Assembly: GCA_951406725.2 (NCBI GenBank)
Contig: OX597815.1
Span: 146,816,001-146,880,000, forward strand
Length of the DNA: 64,000 nucleotides
Reading direction: 5' to 3'
From: Octopus vulgaris
Lineage: Eukaryota
Made by a program: the position numbers and the translations under genes. Below the pieces are notes generated by a model that worked only from the letters and a program-made list of their open reading frames with translations, was not told the origin of the DNA and did not search any database. Numbering within the stretch: position 1 is the stretch's first letter; each line of letters starts with the position of its first letter. Positions 26,848 through 42,358 of the stretch are shown piece after piece.

Positions 26848-28413
26848 ATATATATACCACACAGCCCCTCCTCCGCCAAAGCTATATTACTGCTTTTATG
26901 TCAAATTCTATATAAAACATCTTTTAGTTTAGGATGAAAATTTTCTCAAATCTTTTTAGTAAGAACATGTTTTCCAAACATTTTCACAGAATGATTTGAT
27001 AGTGGTTTTGAAGCTTCGGTTTTCTCGACTTTCTCAGTCTGACAATGGTAATGAAGCTGAAACTACGAAGTCACAGCTACTATGTCCGCGGAAAAATTTA
27101 ACAAATACACAAACACACACACACACACAAAGGCATACGCACACCAAGGCATACACATACAAAGGCATACACACACTCATACATACACAGTGACGTATGC
27201 ATATATGCAAATATACACGTACATATACACATACATATATATATATACATATGTGTATACATATACATACATAATGATGTTTGTGTGTGAGCGCATTATT
27301 GCAGTTTAATATATTTTATCGCCTTTTCTTTTCTCTCTAGAGTCATGATGCTGGGCACCACCTTTTATTTCTGTGTAGATATATTTTGTGTATATTTGTA
27401 TGTGTGTGTGCATGTGCGTGTGCATGTGTGTGTATGTGTGTATGCGAGCGTCTATGTGCGTGTGTCAGTGTTGATGCTCTTTAAACCAAGAATTTAAAAT
27501 GTTCATTATTCCCTGCGTTTGCTAGTTATTCATACCCTGCCTAGAATACATTCTGTAATGAACGCAATGTTATATCCATGAAGATACATAATTGGTTGAA
27601 GATACGTAAAATCTATGTGATAATCACCTATGTCTTAAGGTGACTTTACATAATCACGTCGATGCAAATAGCTTTGTGTAATACATTGTTCTTCCATATA
27701 ACATAATATTTCCTCTTTCCAAACGAGATTAGATATCCAACTAAATTATATTCTACGTAATAATGATAAGTGTGCAAGTTTGGCAACGAAACGTTCACTG
27801 TAATTCAATGAATTGATTCGGCACAGCGATCTTCTGGCCAGTGTTGCATAGTTACGCAGGCATATCAATTTTTCAGGTTAATCAACATGATTATAATTCA
27901 TTTTATGGGTAACAGAGACGAGATAAAGGAATTACACACACATACACACACACATAAACACATGTATATCACACACATGCACACATACTCGTATATGCAT
28001 ACTTAGCATCGTTGGTCTTCTGAGGGCATTTGCTTGTTAACGATTATATTAGAATATTACTCATACACTTGGTTAAGGCTAAATACATATGGTCCTTAGC
28101 TGAATGCATGATAGGAAATATGATGATGAAGATTGCTTAGCCTGAAATCAGACTTCATTAAGCAAATCTATAATCAAAGACTTCCAGGATGTGAGGCGTG
28201 ACCATATCATCTTGTTTCAAGTATATTGCAACTAGAATTGCAATTCTGGATATATGAATAATATATATATACATACATATATATATATATATATATACAT
28301 ACATGTATTTACATAACCAGGATCAAATATTCAGGTAGACGTACGTATGAATGCGTCCTTATGATTAATATATATATATGTTTATATATAGCATATTCAT
28401 ATATATAGATACA

Positions 28414-28448
<35 letters not shown>

Positions 28449-29221
28449 AAATAAGTTAGGGATTACGAAAATCCAGTTAATCTCGGTCAGCACTCTATTT
28501 GAGTTACCTTGCTAACAGAATGATGAATATTTAAACATAAATTCACTTAAACAATTGGGCGTTCCAATTCAACTGTAAATCATTTTATGATGTTATGTAA
28601 CACCACCATGTTCAGACTTTTGTCTATTTACTATACTTAAATATATATATATAAATCAAAAGAAGCAACAAGGTTATTCAGGGGTATGTAGTACGATCGT
28701 TTCATGCAACTCCATTCAATTGAACAATGCAAATATGCATGTATGTACAACACTGCCAGAAACAATAAGTCCCCAACGAAATAGAACCGCTAATAGAATT
28801 AGAATACCAATGAAGCAATATCACGCATAATCAATAAATGATATAAAGTATATACCAAAAGCGCCATAAAGAAAGAAACCAAGGACTACCTAAACGTATA
28901 TAACCGGTGTCACGGATAGGTAGTGAGATTATCAAATCACGTAATGCGGCCTTTCCCGTTGTCGTAGCAGACGATTATCTTTTGTCTACAATACGTTCAT
29001 GAGTGCTTTTAATCCCCTCAAGTCCATATGCAAAATATTTTCATAGCAAATAACAAAATATTTAATCTTGTAACACAATCACCGTTTGCAACGAGATTTA
29101 AATATATGAAGCTAAAATGAATGAATACTCAATACCTCTTACTATAGAAACGTATGCACACACACGCGCTCTCTCTCTCTTCCCTCATCTGCCCACACAC
29201 ATATAAATATATATATATATA

Positions 29222-29506
29222 TTGTTTGTTCCTACTCGAGCCGGTTTCCCGGTTTCCTTGGCGTATATGTTCCCCACCTGGACCGGACACCGGTCCGTCG
29301 CAGTTGAACTGCAAGATGCAGGAGGAAAGAGTGACAGAAAGTTGTGGCGAAAGAGTCAGTAGAAGTTTGCCATTACCTTCCGCTGGAGCTGCGTGGAGCT
29401 TAGGGGTTTTGCTAATAAGCACACACACATCACCAGATCTGAGATTCGAACTCGCGATCCCTCGACCGCGAGTACGCTGCTCTAACCACTAGGCCATGTG
29501 CCTCCA

Positions 29507-29507
<1 letters not shown>
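29222..29507 (-). mobile_element. tRNA-derived SINE, family B (head and body shared with family A, V-domain-like 3' part)
   Basis: Minus strand GGAGGCACATGGCCTAGTGGTTAGAGC...GAGTTCGAATCTC...CTCTTTCGCCACAACTTTCT, then CTGCGACGGACCGGTGTCCGGTCCAGGTGGGG...GAAACCGGGAAACCGGC. Confidence 0.85.
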
Positions 29508-29554
<47 letters not shown>

Positions 29555-29911
29555 TAAACACACAACTACAAGCATCTACTGCATGTGTATTCTATTCTTA
29601 GTTGCATGTCTTTAAATTCTCCTGCAATGGCCTGGAAATAACGCTTCAATTATGCACCCGTGTATGCTACAGGGTTTATCCACATTATTTTACATATCTC
29701 GTTATCTACACTAAAATCGATTAATCAACCGCGGTATTCACCGCAAAAGGAACAAAAAATAAGATGAAATGAACAATTCATATATTTAGGTGTCTGTGAA
29801 GGAATATTCACGCATGGGAAAATGATCAACCGTTGCATGTAACGAAATACTAAGAATTAAAGATGGGTGGGCAAAGAAGAAGTCGGAGTGATGACGAATG
29901 AGAGTGAGTGA

Positions 29912-29949
<38 letters not shown>

Positions 29950-30618
29950 GAGAAAGAGAGAGAGAGAGAATAAAGGGAATGTATTAGATAAATGGTTATC
30001 TTCGTTGCAACTTTGACTAATCGAAAGCATAACACCTGATATATGATTCAGAAACTTTGCTAACGAGATACTCATAGCGAATTCTTGTATATGCACATAA
30101 TTGTTCTAACTCTAAAGTAGAATAGATTTAGTTATTATCCATTTGTATCATCCTTACTTTATAAATATCATTTTATGCATTATATGGGCTCTTCCTATGA
30201 GCGCTATCTCCTTGTGTTTTTGTCTATAGAAGGTTTCCCAAGAAGATTTTCGATTTTATTTTTCGCATATTGCTTGACGGATTATAATGTTCCCGTAATG
30301 ACACAGAGTATTCCGTTCCCGCATTCTATCTTCACGTTATTTCAGGCTATTGGTCGTTTATGTATTGTCTTTACTTCTTCTTTTTGCAAAGCCTCATTAT
30401 TGAAATATTATCAGTTGTGCAAGAGAGATACATTTCTACACTATATCTGCATCCCTAGATATTCATAATGATGTTAGTTCGGCTAGCTCTTATTGCTTAT
30501 GTATATACCCGTATATCTCAAAGAAGAGCACTACCGTTGTCCCTGGGAGAAACGGAAACTGATTCTCTGCTCAGCAATTAATATCCTTACGTATGCTACA
30601 ATGAGAACAAGTAGCAGC

Positions 30619-31057
<439 letters not shown>

Positions 31058-32076
31058 AATTCATTTCTATTTCTCTGTGCAGTTTTCTTTACTTACCTCT
31101 GCCTAATGTTCCACACCTTAAATTAGACGTTAAGTGAAATATATAAAAGACATGCCATCAATTGGAAGAACTCATATATAATGCCATGCAGATTGATCGA
31201 TCTTGCAAGAACCATTTCATCTAATTCATTTTAGAAATATCTTAAAGTTTTTTTTTTCTCTGCCTTTTCCTTTTAGAACATTTTCTTCTCTCACTTTTAC
31301 TCTCTCTATTTCTCTCTCTCTCTCTCTACTTCTTTCTTTCTGTTTGTCATTAAGTGTTAAAAGCATAAAGAATTCCTTCTCCATACTGCAGTGAAAGAAA
31401 AAAAAGTCTCAGAAAGATGTTGTAAACGGGCGAAAATAAGAATGAAAAATATAGGAAAAATAGAGTTAAAATTCTACCGCAAAAAAGAAAACATCAAACA
31501 CAACTATAGTGTCACAACTTTAAGTAATAAGAAATGCTTGCTTCCATTATTATCAAATGCTTCGCTTCCATATTATTTATTTACTGATAATGTGAAACGT
31601 AGTGAGGTGTTCAATTTTAATAAAATACTGATAGTTTCTGTTGAGATACGATCAATATATTGGTAGACTCCACGTTCTATTAGCTCTTTGAAACCGTTGG
31701 ATTCTTGGACATTAAGACTCCCAACCAGCTAAATTGTTCATTCGTAAAAAAGTTATATATATGATTGGCCAATTTCTACTCACCAACATACCTTAAAAAC
31801 TAGTCCAAAAACCAATGAAAGACAGAAATAGAACATTCGGCATCGTTCGGCTTATTAAACTCTCTCATATTACTGATATCATAGGCAGGAATTCAGCGAA
31901 CCAGCGATCGACATGTTAGATATAATAACTTAATATAGTTATTGTTTAGATAAGCACAGGCCTTAAAATGAATAAATAGCGAGTCAAGCTACATAAACAT
32001 TTGTTGATAGATAGATAGATAGATTGATTGATAGACAGACAGACAGACAGACATATATATATATATATATATATAT

Positions 32077-32160
<84 letters not shown>

Positions 32161-33124
32161 CAGAGTAAGTATGAGAGAGGAGAGCGAGAGAAAGAGAGAG
32201 AGAGGTAAAGAGAGAAGAGAAGTGGGTCTCTATGTGTTCGAACTGCATGCCAGAAATAACTACCAAACATGACCTTCAGTCATACACTCACTTCCGTAAA
32301 ATTTAAAGGAAATAATAGGTAATGAAATCTCCCGACACATACAATAGGATCTCAACAGTAAAACCTTGGATGGATTATAGCTCTGCTGATTGAAGATCGA
32401 TTGGGGCAAAGCATCATTTCACCACTACCACCACTACGACCGCGACCACCACCGACACCACCACCACCATCACCACCACCATCACCACCACCACCACCAC
32501 CACCACCACCACCACCACCACCATCACCACTACCAACACCATCACCACCACCACCTTAAACAACAACAACAGCAGCAGTAGCAGCAGTGTCAGCAACAAA
32601 CACAACAAACAGAACAACAAAAAAAGCAATCAGAAAATAATAATGTCTAACATGAAAGCTTTAATAGTTGTTTCGCATTCATCTTTGTTTCTTTTTGTTT
32701 TTGATAAATGAGAAATTTATTCTGCAAAGCAGTTATTTTAGCGATTAAATAAATTGTCCACATTTAACTTAATTTTTTTTACGTATATTACATTGGCTTA
32801 TCTCAATTTTTACCGAGTGTACTGGAATACGCTTAATTGCACTATACATTTTCTGGTTGACAGCAATAATGAATTGAACAATAAGATTGCTTATTATGCA
32901 ATTATATGGTTAGATGTGTTTAAAATGCGTGTTACTTCTACTTCGAAATTTTTCAATTAAATTAGTCTTCTTTTTAGAAAATTACTATGCATCAATAAAT
33001 GTGGATTTTTTACCTTATTCGTCCGTTAAATGGGCATAAATACACACTATATACATGCATATATACAGGCGAAGTTACTCTCGAATATACATATATGCAT
33101 ACATGCATACATTCTTAAGTACAG

Positions 33125-33169
<45 letters not shown>

Positions 33170-33347
33170 TATACATACATACATACATACATACATACAT
33201 ACATACATACATACATACATACATACATGCATACATACATTCATACATACATAAAGAGACAGACAGTCCGATAATCATCAGAAAAGCCGACAGCCATTAA
33301 ACAATCAGAGGGACAGATAGACAGATAGTTAGACAGACGGACGGATT

Positions 33348-33425
<78 letters not shown>

Positions 33426-33845
33426 CAGGCAGGCAGACAGACAAATAAACAAACAGACAGAGAGACAGACAGATAGACAGAGGAATTGATGGATGGATAA
33501 ATACAGGTAGCGAGCTAGTTAGTCAAGTTGATAGGGGGATGTCCGTCAGTTTCGACAATGAATATTCTATTGTTTATTGATTAAAGTGAATTAAAATGTA
33601 AGTCATCCAGTATTCCACAAAGAGTGTACCCTTAATGCTAATTCTCATGCTTAATCAGCGTGACGGAGTGTGACAAGGCTCTGCATTTAAATTATAGGTA
33701 CAATTCCATCGGCGCGATTCAGTACAGTTTTCGTCTATACAAATTTATACACAGATTGTAGATTGTTTCGAGAGCAAAGGAAATAGCATACGTCGAAGAT
33801 TTTAAGCAGTGGGGGCGCTAATCACAAGCTTCTCAAGCCAAACTT

Positions 33846-35074
33846 CATAATTAATGCGGTTTTTTCAATTGTATGAACTAAAGGTCAGAGTGGGTCTGGA
33901 TAAAATACTGGCATCAACTTGCTATAAAAGCAGGTAGTAATTTTACCTTATACTTATTCTTAGTGCAAATTTTGAAGACTGCGGTTCGATTTTAACAGTA
34001 ATTTTTTTAAAGCTATAATGGAAGTGACAAAGGAGCATATTCGGCATATTTTGCTTTATGAGTTCAATAAAGGCAACAATACAATAGAAAGTGTGAGGAA
34101 TATTAATGCAGTATATGGGGATCGGACAATGAGCTTAAGTCAATGTCAACGGTGGCTCCAGAAATTCCGAGTCGGAAACTACAGCCTAGAAGATGAGCCT
34201 AGTTCTGGAAGATCCGTAGAGCTCGACGAATAATATCTCGCAATAGTTGAGGAACTAGCAGAGAAGGTTTCATTTGGTCATTCAACCATTTATTGACATC
34301 TGCGTGCCATCGAAAAAGTCAGCAAATTGGGTCAATGAGTTCTTCACAAACTTTCCGAGATTAAACGGGCACAAAGAGTGAATGTGTGCTCTTCTTTACT
34401 GTCACGTCTCACGAATGAACCTTTTTTGGAACGAATAGTGATTGGTGACGAGAAATGGGTTCTCTATAAAAATGTGAAGCGCCGAAGACAATGGGTAGGG
34501 AAAAGAGAAACACCGGCAACTCAAGCTAAAGAAGGTGTTCACCCATATAAGGTTTTGTTATCTGTTTGGTGGGATATGAAACTTTGAACTTTTAAACTCA
34601 AACCAAACGCTAACAAAAGAGATCTGCTGCCAACAGCTTGAGTGGCTTAAGTCAGTGCTAGAAGAAAAAACACCATCTTTGGTTTGAAGACGAAAGGTAT
34701 TCTGCCATCAGGATGATGCTCGGCCACGTACAGCGAGCATGACATTGCAACGGCTGGAGCAGTTTGAGTGGGAAACAGTGTCCAACATATTCGCCGGACA
34801 TTGCCCCATCTGATTATCATTTATTTCGCTGTCTTCAAAATCATTTAGACGGAAAAAATATGAATTCTGTAGACGAGGTTAGAACAGTACAGGAGGAGTA
34901 ATTTTCGTCACGGATAAGTGAATTTTGGAAGAGGGCCTTGCAAGTCTACTAGATAGTTGGAAGAGCATTGTAGAAAAAGAAGGAGAGTATATTTTAGATT
35001 TAAAAAACTTTGTTTATCTTAATTTTGAAAAATAAACGAAGTACAAAAATTCTCATTATTATGGGATGACCCAA
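33846..35074 (+). mobile_element. Near full-length defective mariner (DD34D) transposon
   Basis: Transposase from ATG 34018 to ~35002: MEVTKEHIRHILLYEF..HTH, *VLHKL (WVPHEL motif), IVIGDEKWVLY, HQDDARP, YSPDIAPSDYHLF, EGEYILD, with several stops and frameshifts. Right TIR ...CATTATTATGGGATGACCCAA|TA; the left TIR is only partly retained (CATAATTAATGCGGTTTTTT). Confidence 0.93.
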
Positions 35075-36332
35075 TACATACCTATATACTTACATTCATG
35101 TGTGTGGGTGTATACTTATAAACATTGTTGCAATTACTACAACTATTTTTAAGCTGGTACAATCATTAAAGCCTTGTGAAAATGATTTGGTATATTTCTT
35201 TCTACTATTACATTTTTGCTTCAGACCTTACCTAGGTCAACTATACCTTTCATCCTTCCGTATTCCATGCAATAAGATGCTTGTCAATCACTATAGTCGA
35301 TTCCATTAACTAACACCGCTCCTCCCAAAGTTGCTGGCTTTGGGCCCAAATCAGAAACCATTAATATTATCAGTCTTCAGCATAAATGGAATCAAAGTTT
35401 TCTTGGCATTCCTAGCACTGAACACTATGAGATAAATATATATTTTTAAGCACACATATACGTGCACACGAACTGACACACGCACACGGATGCCTGTACA
35501 ACTTACACATTCAGAAATAGTTTGGAAAGTGATTTGAACAACGCTCAGCTTAGAAAGATAGATAGAAGCAAGGCATGCTGAAGAAAGGAGACATCTATGC
35601 ATCAATTTAAGGTAGCCTAAAAATCCATTACGCAGTATACACATTTAGTTTTATAGTCGTTATCATTGGAAGGACAGGGCATATATATCAAGAAGTCTAT
35701 TTCAAATTATGGATGAACATGTATTTTTCGAGAAAGAACAGGGCACCATAAATCACCTTTTCTACGACGATAAACATCTGCAAGACGGATGTGCGCACAA
35801 TGCATAAGAAAAGAACAAGATACTTCTCTTTAATAACTTTTCTTTACAATCTTACTCCAAAGCAAGTGCCCGCTTAATCTAAAATCTAAAATACTGCAAA
35901 CGGGAAGTAAATCACATATGCACATAATATATACATACTTACACACTCACACATACACACAAACATAAATATATGCATGTATATATAATATACATTATAT
36001 CACAATATATACATATATATACATATATATATATTATATATATATATATTATATATATATATATGCACACACACACAGACACACACACACATACAAATAT
36101 TATGAAGGTGCATGTCACAATGATTGAGGATGTTAGTCGTATAATGGTAAGTCCGTGATTCCTATCATGGATCGAACAGTGTGTTGTAATATAGAGCAGG
36201 GCACTTCATGTCACGTACTACCATTCTACTCATCTGTAGCCGACAGCGCGTGTATCTCTCTCTCTCCCTTTCCACCCTTACTCTCTCTCCCACATATTTA
36301 CTCTCACTCACTCACTCTCTCTCTCTCTCTCT

Positions 36333-36367
<35 letters not shown>

Positions 36368-36700
36368 CAGCTATCACATCCTAGGTGTTCAATAATGCTG
36401 CAACTGAAAATGTGTCTATGTCTATTTGCAGCTATAGAGGTACATAAAACAATAAGCATACACTTCTAGCGTAAGTGCTGGACATGAGGCTCCGCGCTAT
36501 TTCTTATAAGTCTCTGCACCTAGAGTCCCCTTAAATGGATGTCATCTTCACTTTTCATCCTTCCAGGGTCGATAAATTTAAAACAATCCATAGTGATACA
36601 TTACCTAAATTTAAGACCGTCGAAACAATGCGTCGCGCTGTATATTTCTCTCTGGCTGTTTGCGATTCCTATGTGTGTACATATGTGCGTTTGTATGTAT

Positions 36701-36850
36701 AAATTCCGTGTAAAGCAAAATTCTGTTATATGACAAAGTTTGTTTCTCTGGAGATTGTCAAAAGGATGTGGACGCCTGTGATGAGAACCCAATATATCGA
36801 TTCTATATGAAAAAGTGGCAAATATGTACTCAGAGTGATTTGAACCCTCA
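36701..36850. repeat. Local templated duplications: 94-bp inverted copy of 37659-37752 plus 58-bp direct copy of 37783-37841
   Basis: By eye, about 2 mismatches in the inverted block and about 3 differences in the direct block. Confidence 0.95.
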
Positions 36851-36860
36851 GAGTGATTTT

Positions 36861-37555
36861 GCAAATACGTTTGAGGTGAGGGGGACATTTGGTAAGGATG
36901 AGTGACGAGCGACTGCCCAAGCAGCTTTGTATGGAGAGCTGGAAGATGACAGGACACCAGTGCATAAGCCTACACTAAGGTTTAAGGATTGCCTTAAAAA
37001 TGCTCTAATACAGCAGGTAATTGCGAGGGGCAGGCACAAGACCGTGATGGATGGAGGAAGATGGTGCATGATGGTTGTTCAAGGCTTGAGAGGGAGAGAG
37101 GGTAGTATGAGAGAATTTGGAGGGGGCTTAGAAGGGGGAACATATAGAAAGTGAGAGACTGTTGCTTTTTATGTGTGTGTGGTTTGTGGGTGGAGGTGTT
37201 GAGCCGTACAGGCCTGGTGAGCCATCGAGATTCTCATAGAAATCGACCCATGATAAACAATGATGTGGCTATTAAAATTCATAACACAACGTTGGTAAAG
37301 TATGGAAGGATGTTCTTCTCAGTTGGAGGTCTAAAAAGACAAGGTAAGAGAGTGCATATGGTGACACCTGTTTCTCCTGCCAGACTACACAGTTGTCTAC
37401 TATGTAATAAAATGTGTAAAAGCTTGGCCGGGCTTAAAAGTCAAATAAGGGCATCACATGGCAAGAATCATGAATCATATCAGTAAGTCTTCTTGGCAAT
37501 GGCTTTTCTCGTGTAACGAGAAAGCAGCTGTGATATATATATATATATATATATA
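36861..37555 (+). mobile_element. 5'-truncated, decayed RTE-clade LINE 3' end with C-terminal C2H2-like zinc fingers
   Basis: QIRLR*GGHLVRMSDERLPKQ/LYGELEDDRTPVHKPTLRFKDCLKNAL (RTE/BovB C-terminal motif), then SRTGLVSHRDSH, FFSVGGLKRQGKRVH and CLLCNKMCKSLAGLKSQIRASH; 3' stem-loop TTTCTCG-TGTAA-CGAGAAA (37505-37523) followed by (TA)n. Confidence 0.9.
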
Positions 37556-40080
37556 TGCACATATATATATATATATTTACACGCAACATATGGTGTAATT
37601 ATAAACGGCATATTTTAGCCATTTCTCTATGGGCTGAAAAACAAGAGATGAACAACCTTATTGGGTCCTCATCAAAGGCGTCCACATCCTTTTGACAATC
37701 TCCAGAGAAACAAACTTTGTCATATAACAGAATTTTGCTTTACACGGAATTTGCCTGTTCACCGCCTAGTATTGACTCTTTTTATATCGATTCTGTATGA
37801 AAAAAGTGGTAAATATGTACTCAGAGTGATTTGAACCCTCACCGCTGAAAGTCATGACTTGATATATACTGCCTGATGTCTTTACCAAGTCTTCGCCAAC
37901 TGACTCCAACGTCAAATTTTCGTAAAACATGTCTTTTGTATATTCTAGTCTAGAAGACCATACTCTTTACAATCAACTAAGTCCTCGAGGTTCGTAGAAA
38001 GGAGTAAGGAAGATCTTAAACTGGTGACCTCGCCAGAATGCATGCAGCAAGCTCCCAGATGGTGGTTGAGGACTTGCGACGAATTCATTTTACTAATCAG
38101 AACTATAGGAAATCATACACGCAAGTTTTCTGATTTGACGTCTTTACAGTTCCACCAATCTGTAACTGTTTAGGTACTTGTTTATCGACTCTGAAAGGAT
38201 CAAAAACAAAGTTCATTTCAGCGGGCTGTGAACGAATAGCACAAAAATTCGGAGGAAATACCGAGAGACATAATATCCAGTGTAATCACACATTTGCTAA
38301 TGTATACCTACTGGAGTGTACTCTAAAGTTCATGTAGATTGTCCCAGTGTATACACCAGTCGGCTAGACAAGTATAACAGTGAGTATTAATATTGTTTTC
38401 ATTGATACGTTGCTAAATATTAGCAATATATTGCAACTGAAGAAAAACATAACTACTGAAGAGAGTAACTGAACACAATAACAAATAGTCCAAAACTTTC
38501 GGAAAATGCTAATACAACTCTGTTTATACGATAATGAATGCACTATCGTATATGGATGAATACATGTGATTTCGGTATGAATTTCAATTTATAGAAACAA
38601 TTTAACGTTGTCCTATTTGGTAAATGTCGAAGAGCTAACCGTTTCAATGCTGGCATCTGAGCCAATTCATGAAATACGTTGTTATATATCTCTAATGTAG
38701 ATAAAAATAGGAAAACTAGAAAGGTTAACTTCACGACTGGAGTGGTGACATCATTGAATAATTGATGTCATACCAAAGGCAAGCTTTTCTATATATATGT
38801 TAATTCATCTCATGACCCAGCATTATGAAGTGATTCTATATTCACCTACGCTACAAAAAGTTTTAATCATATCGGTTGTGTGATAATTTAGTTTGCATTA
38901 TTGTACCTATTATACTAGTATCAATACTTCTATATGAGTGATTGTCCTACGTTTACGTTGATCAAATCTATCATCTAGAAACAAGCATCGATTATTTGTC
39001 AAATGATTAGAAAATATACCAGAAATATACATATCTGTATGTGAATAATTAATGAATTTCAGCAATTCAAGTGTAAGCTGAATGACACAATATTGACTCG
39101 GTTACTATTTCTATAGTATAAACTTCAAATTGCAGAATACCCGTAATGCCTTTTATACGAAACATCATTGGACTTTCTGGTATGAGTTCAGCAACCTTGG
39201 AGATTTTAATTGTTTAATGCAATCAAATAAAATATTTATTTATCGACTATCACTTTACCCCCTGTAGAACAACCCTTAAATTGTAGCGCTCATTTTGCTT
39301 TGTGTGTGATACCTGAGCATTTTGAGAACATTAACGATTCTTTGTAAAATTTAGATGTTTAATACCATCAAATGGAACGTGTATAATAAAGAAGAGCGTA
39401 CAGCAATACATTATTTCCCTTATTTGTTTTATCTGACAAAATGCAGATACTCGATCCTAAAGCTGCTAGGAAGAAATCATATCGACTAAGAGCAGAAATA
39501 TTACATTAAATAGTGCTAGGAACCTAGGATTTACCATGATGTGTGAGGCTGAATTAATAACTGTTGAAATAACGAATTCGCGATAGCAATAAAAGCTTCA
39601 GTATTGAAAAAAAACCGTTCATGGAAAATAGACAAAAGTTTCATATGAATGCGAAATCTTCGGGGTTACATTAAGTGGATATTACGACAGTCGCCGTTAC
39701 TTGCAGCGAACAAAGAATATTAGTAGAGCTGATACAATTTATATTCAAGCTATTTGCTTATATTTCAATTTTCTTTTAATATCGTATGAAACTATACAAA
39801 GAATTTCCCGAAGAATACTACGAGACAGTTATATTAAAGTATTATAAAGAAAGGAGATATTTGCAAAAATAATTGGATTTTGATAACTATTATTTTATGC
39901 AAAGAGGCCAAATATCTATTTCTCTTTCTCTGTGTGTGTCAGTCTCTCTGTCTCTCTGCCTCTCTGTCTGTTTCTCTCTCTTTCTCTCTCTCTATGTATA
40001 TATATGTGTGTGTGTGTATGCATCTTTATCTCTTATCTCTCACGTAATAAACACATATACATACACACACATATATACAT

Positions 40081-40118
<38 letters not shown>

Positions 40119-40219
40119 TTGAGTGTGAATATACATGTATTTATGTATATATGAATTATGCCCTTACATGCACTGCATGCAGTCGGATTCAAGCGCCACA
40201 CACGCACACATAGTATACT

Positions 40220-40443
40220 TATTTCTTTATTGCTCACAGGGCGCTAAACATAGAAGGAATAAACAAGAATAAACAAAGGGTTTAAGTCAATTACATCGAT
40301 ATCAGTGCATAGCTGGAACTTATCTAATCGACACCGAAAGGATGAAAGCCAAAGTTGACCGCGGCGGAGTTTGAACTCAGAACGCAACGGCAGACGAAAT
40401 ATCGTTAAGCATTTCGCTCGGCGTGCTAACGATTCTGCCAGTC
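40220..40443 (-). mobile_element. Family-D SINE with a perfect 15-bp TSD
   Basis: Reverse complement matches 5753-5982; TSD CACACATAGTATACT at 40205-40219 and 40444-40458. Confidence 0.93.
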
Positions 40444-40500
40444 CACACATAGTATACTGTTCCATGATAAGCATGTGTATGTGTGTACGTATTATGTACG

Positions 40501-40532
<32 letters not shown>

Positions 40533-41408
40533 TACATAAATGTATGTATAAATATATATGCATATATATATATATATATATGTATGCATGTATATAGGTA
40601 TGTATAAATGTATGTATATATGTATATATGTAATGTATGTATGTAGGTAGGTATGTATGTAGGTATGTAGGCATAAAGACAGTGAGAAAAGTAGGAAAAA
40701 CCTTTAGACAGAGGCTGACAGAATGGCACACACACAAAAAAGATAGACTGTGCAAAGGAAAAATTTGTTTCTCGTCAGTCACATAAACCGGTAAATAACA
40801 AATGGATATGAAATAAGAAACAACTAAACCGAAATATATTATGAAATTAGAGTGCAGATATTATAATTAATTCCTTTTCGTATCATGTCAACTCTTGCAG
40901 AAATATAAAGAAGAGACGTTTATATAATTTGGAATGAAATTAATAGCTTAAATACCCTGGTGAATGCCTAATATGTAAGTCAAATTTTACTTCAGAAAAA
41001 ACCCTGTCGGAGTTATTGACATAAAGGTATAGCTAATACAAATGGACATATGAGAATAAAAATAAAGATATATATTGGATCTTAACACTGAAATCTACTA
41101 TTGTCTTCTATTTAACCCTCTTATATCGTCTTTGATGGTGGGATATATTTTATATACCTGAAATAGCTGTAAGATACCTTTCTCTTTATAAAATTCCCCG
41201 AAATTTCACACTGCTTTGGCTTTGTTTCTCAATTTATTTAACCTGTACACACCAAAACACGATCAGCGCTAGACTCCTCACTCATACTATTATCGTACCA
41301 AGAGACCAACAGTGGTCCTTCCGTAGCACATACATAGCGTTGCCTGCGTTTTGGATCTTCTGAATACCAAAACCTCTCATACATACATGTCTACATACAT
41401 ACATACAT

Positions 41409-41469
<61 letters not shown>

Positions 41470-41473
41470 TACA

Positions 41474-41544
<71 letters not shown>

Positions 41545-42314
41545 GCGTGTGTGTCGGAATGTGTATGTGCGCGTCTGCTTTGTGTGCGTGTGTGTTATTC
41601 TGTTACTCGACTGCAAAAATTAAACTGCCGTTTCGCTCCTATTAAGTTTTCATGGAGTTGGCTTTGTTTTTTACTGATATTTTTCCTAGCTTCTTTATTC
41701 AGCTAAAACGAAAAAAAAAGAAAACTATTCTCTTGTAGTCATTCTCAGTTCTTGAAGTCAAATTTAGACTAAAGATACACTGTTACATTCAATAAAACTA
41801 CAAGACTAGTATTCTGGACCAATATATCTATTTATCATTGTGTTTAAGTCTCCAGATTCATCTTTATTTGTATTTGTATTTGTAGATCAATAGACTACGC
41901 AAAGTTTTAGAGCACAATAGTCAATTATTTTTTCCGATGACTCATTTGCATATATGTTATCGATTGACTTTCTCTTTACGTACGATATTTAGTGTCGAAG
42001 AGGATCATAGATGATAGATAACTTAAGCTAAACAGTTAGTGACGTTCTGATTATCCATCTAGACTTATCTACCTTTACACGCAATTTCAATGCAGATAAA
42101 ATTACATATATTATGTCACATGTTTATTACAAAACCATTTATCATATAACAATTCAGTGGAGTGATAGGAATGGCCGGGCAGCTGACTATATAATTTTCA
42201 GTATTTAATTACGTCCAATTGTTTTCTAAGCTTCCTATGAAAATAATTTTTACCACAGAAGGATGAAATGAGTTTTGTTAATGATACAGATTGTGATATA
42301 TTCCCGATAAATAA

Positions 42315-42358
<44 letters not shown>

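Noticed and set aside
32390-32629. Poly-His/poly-Gln ORF suggestive of a transcription-factor exon
   Set aside because: Pure (CAC)/(CAA) repeat with a TTG start, no flanking domain and no convincing splice context.
41243-41359. AG...GT-bounded open segment on the minus strand ([21 protein letters not shown]...)
   Set aside because: Weak donor (GTTAAA) and no homology; RRQR/GPLL could equally be an eroded RT fragment.
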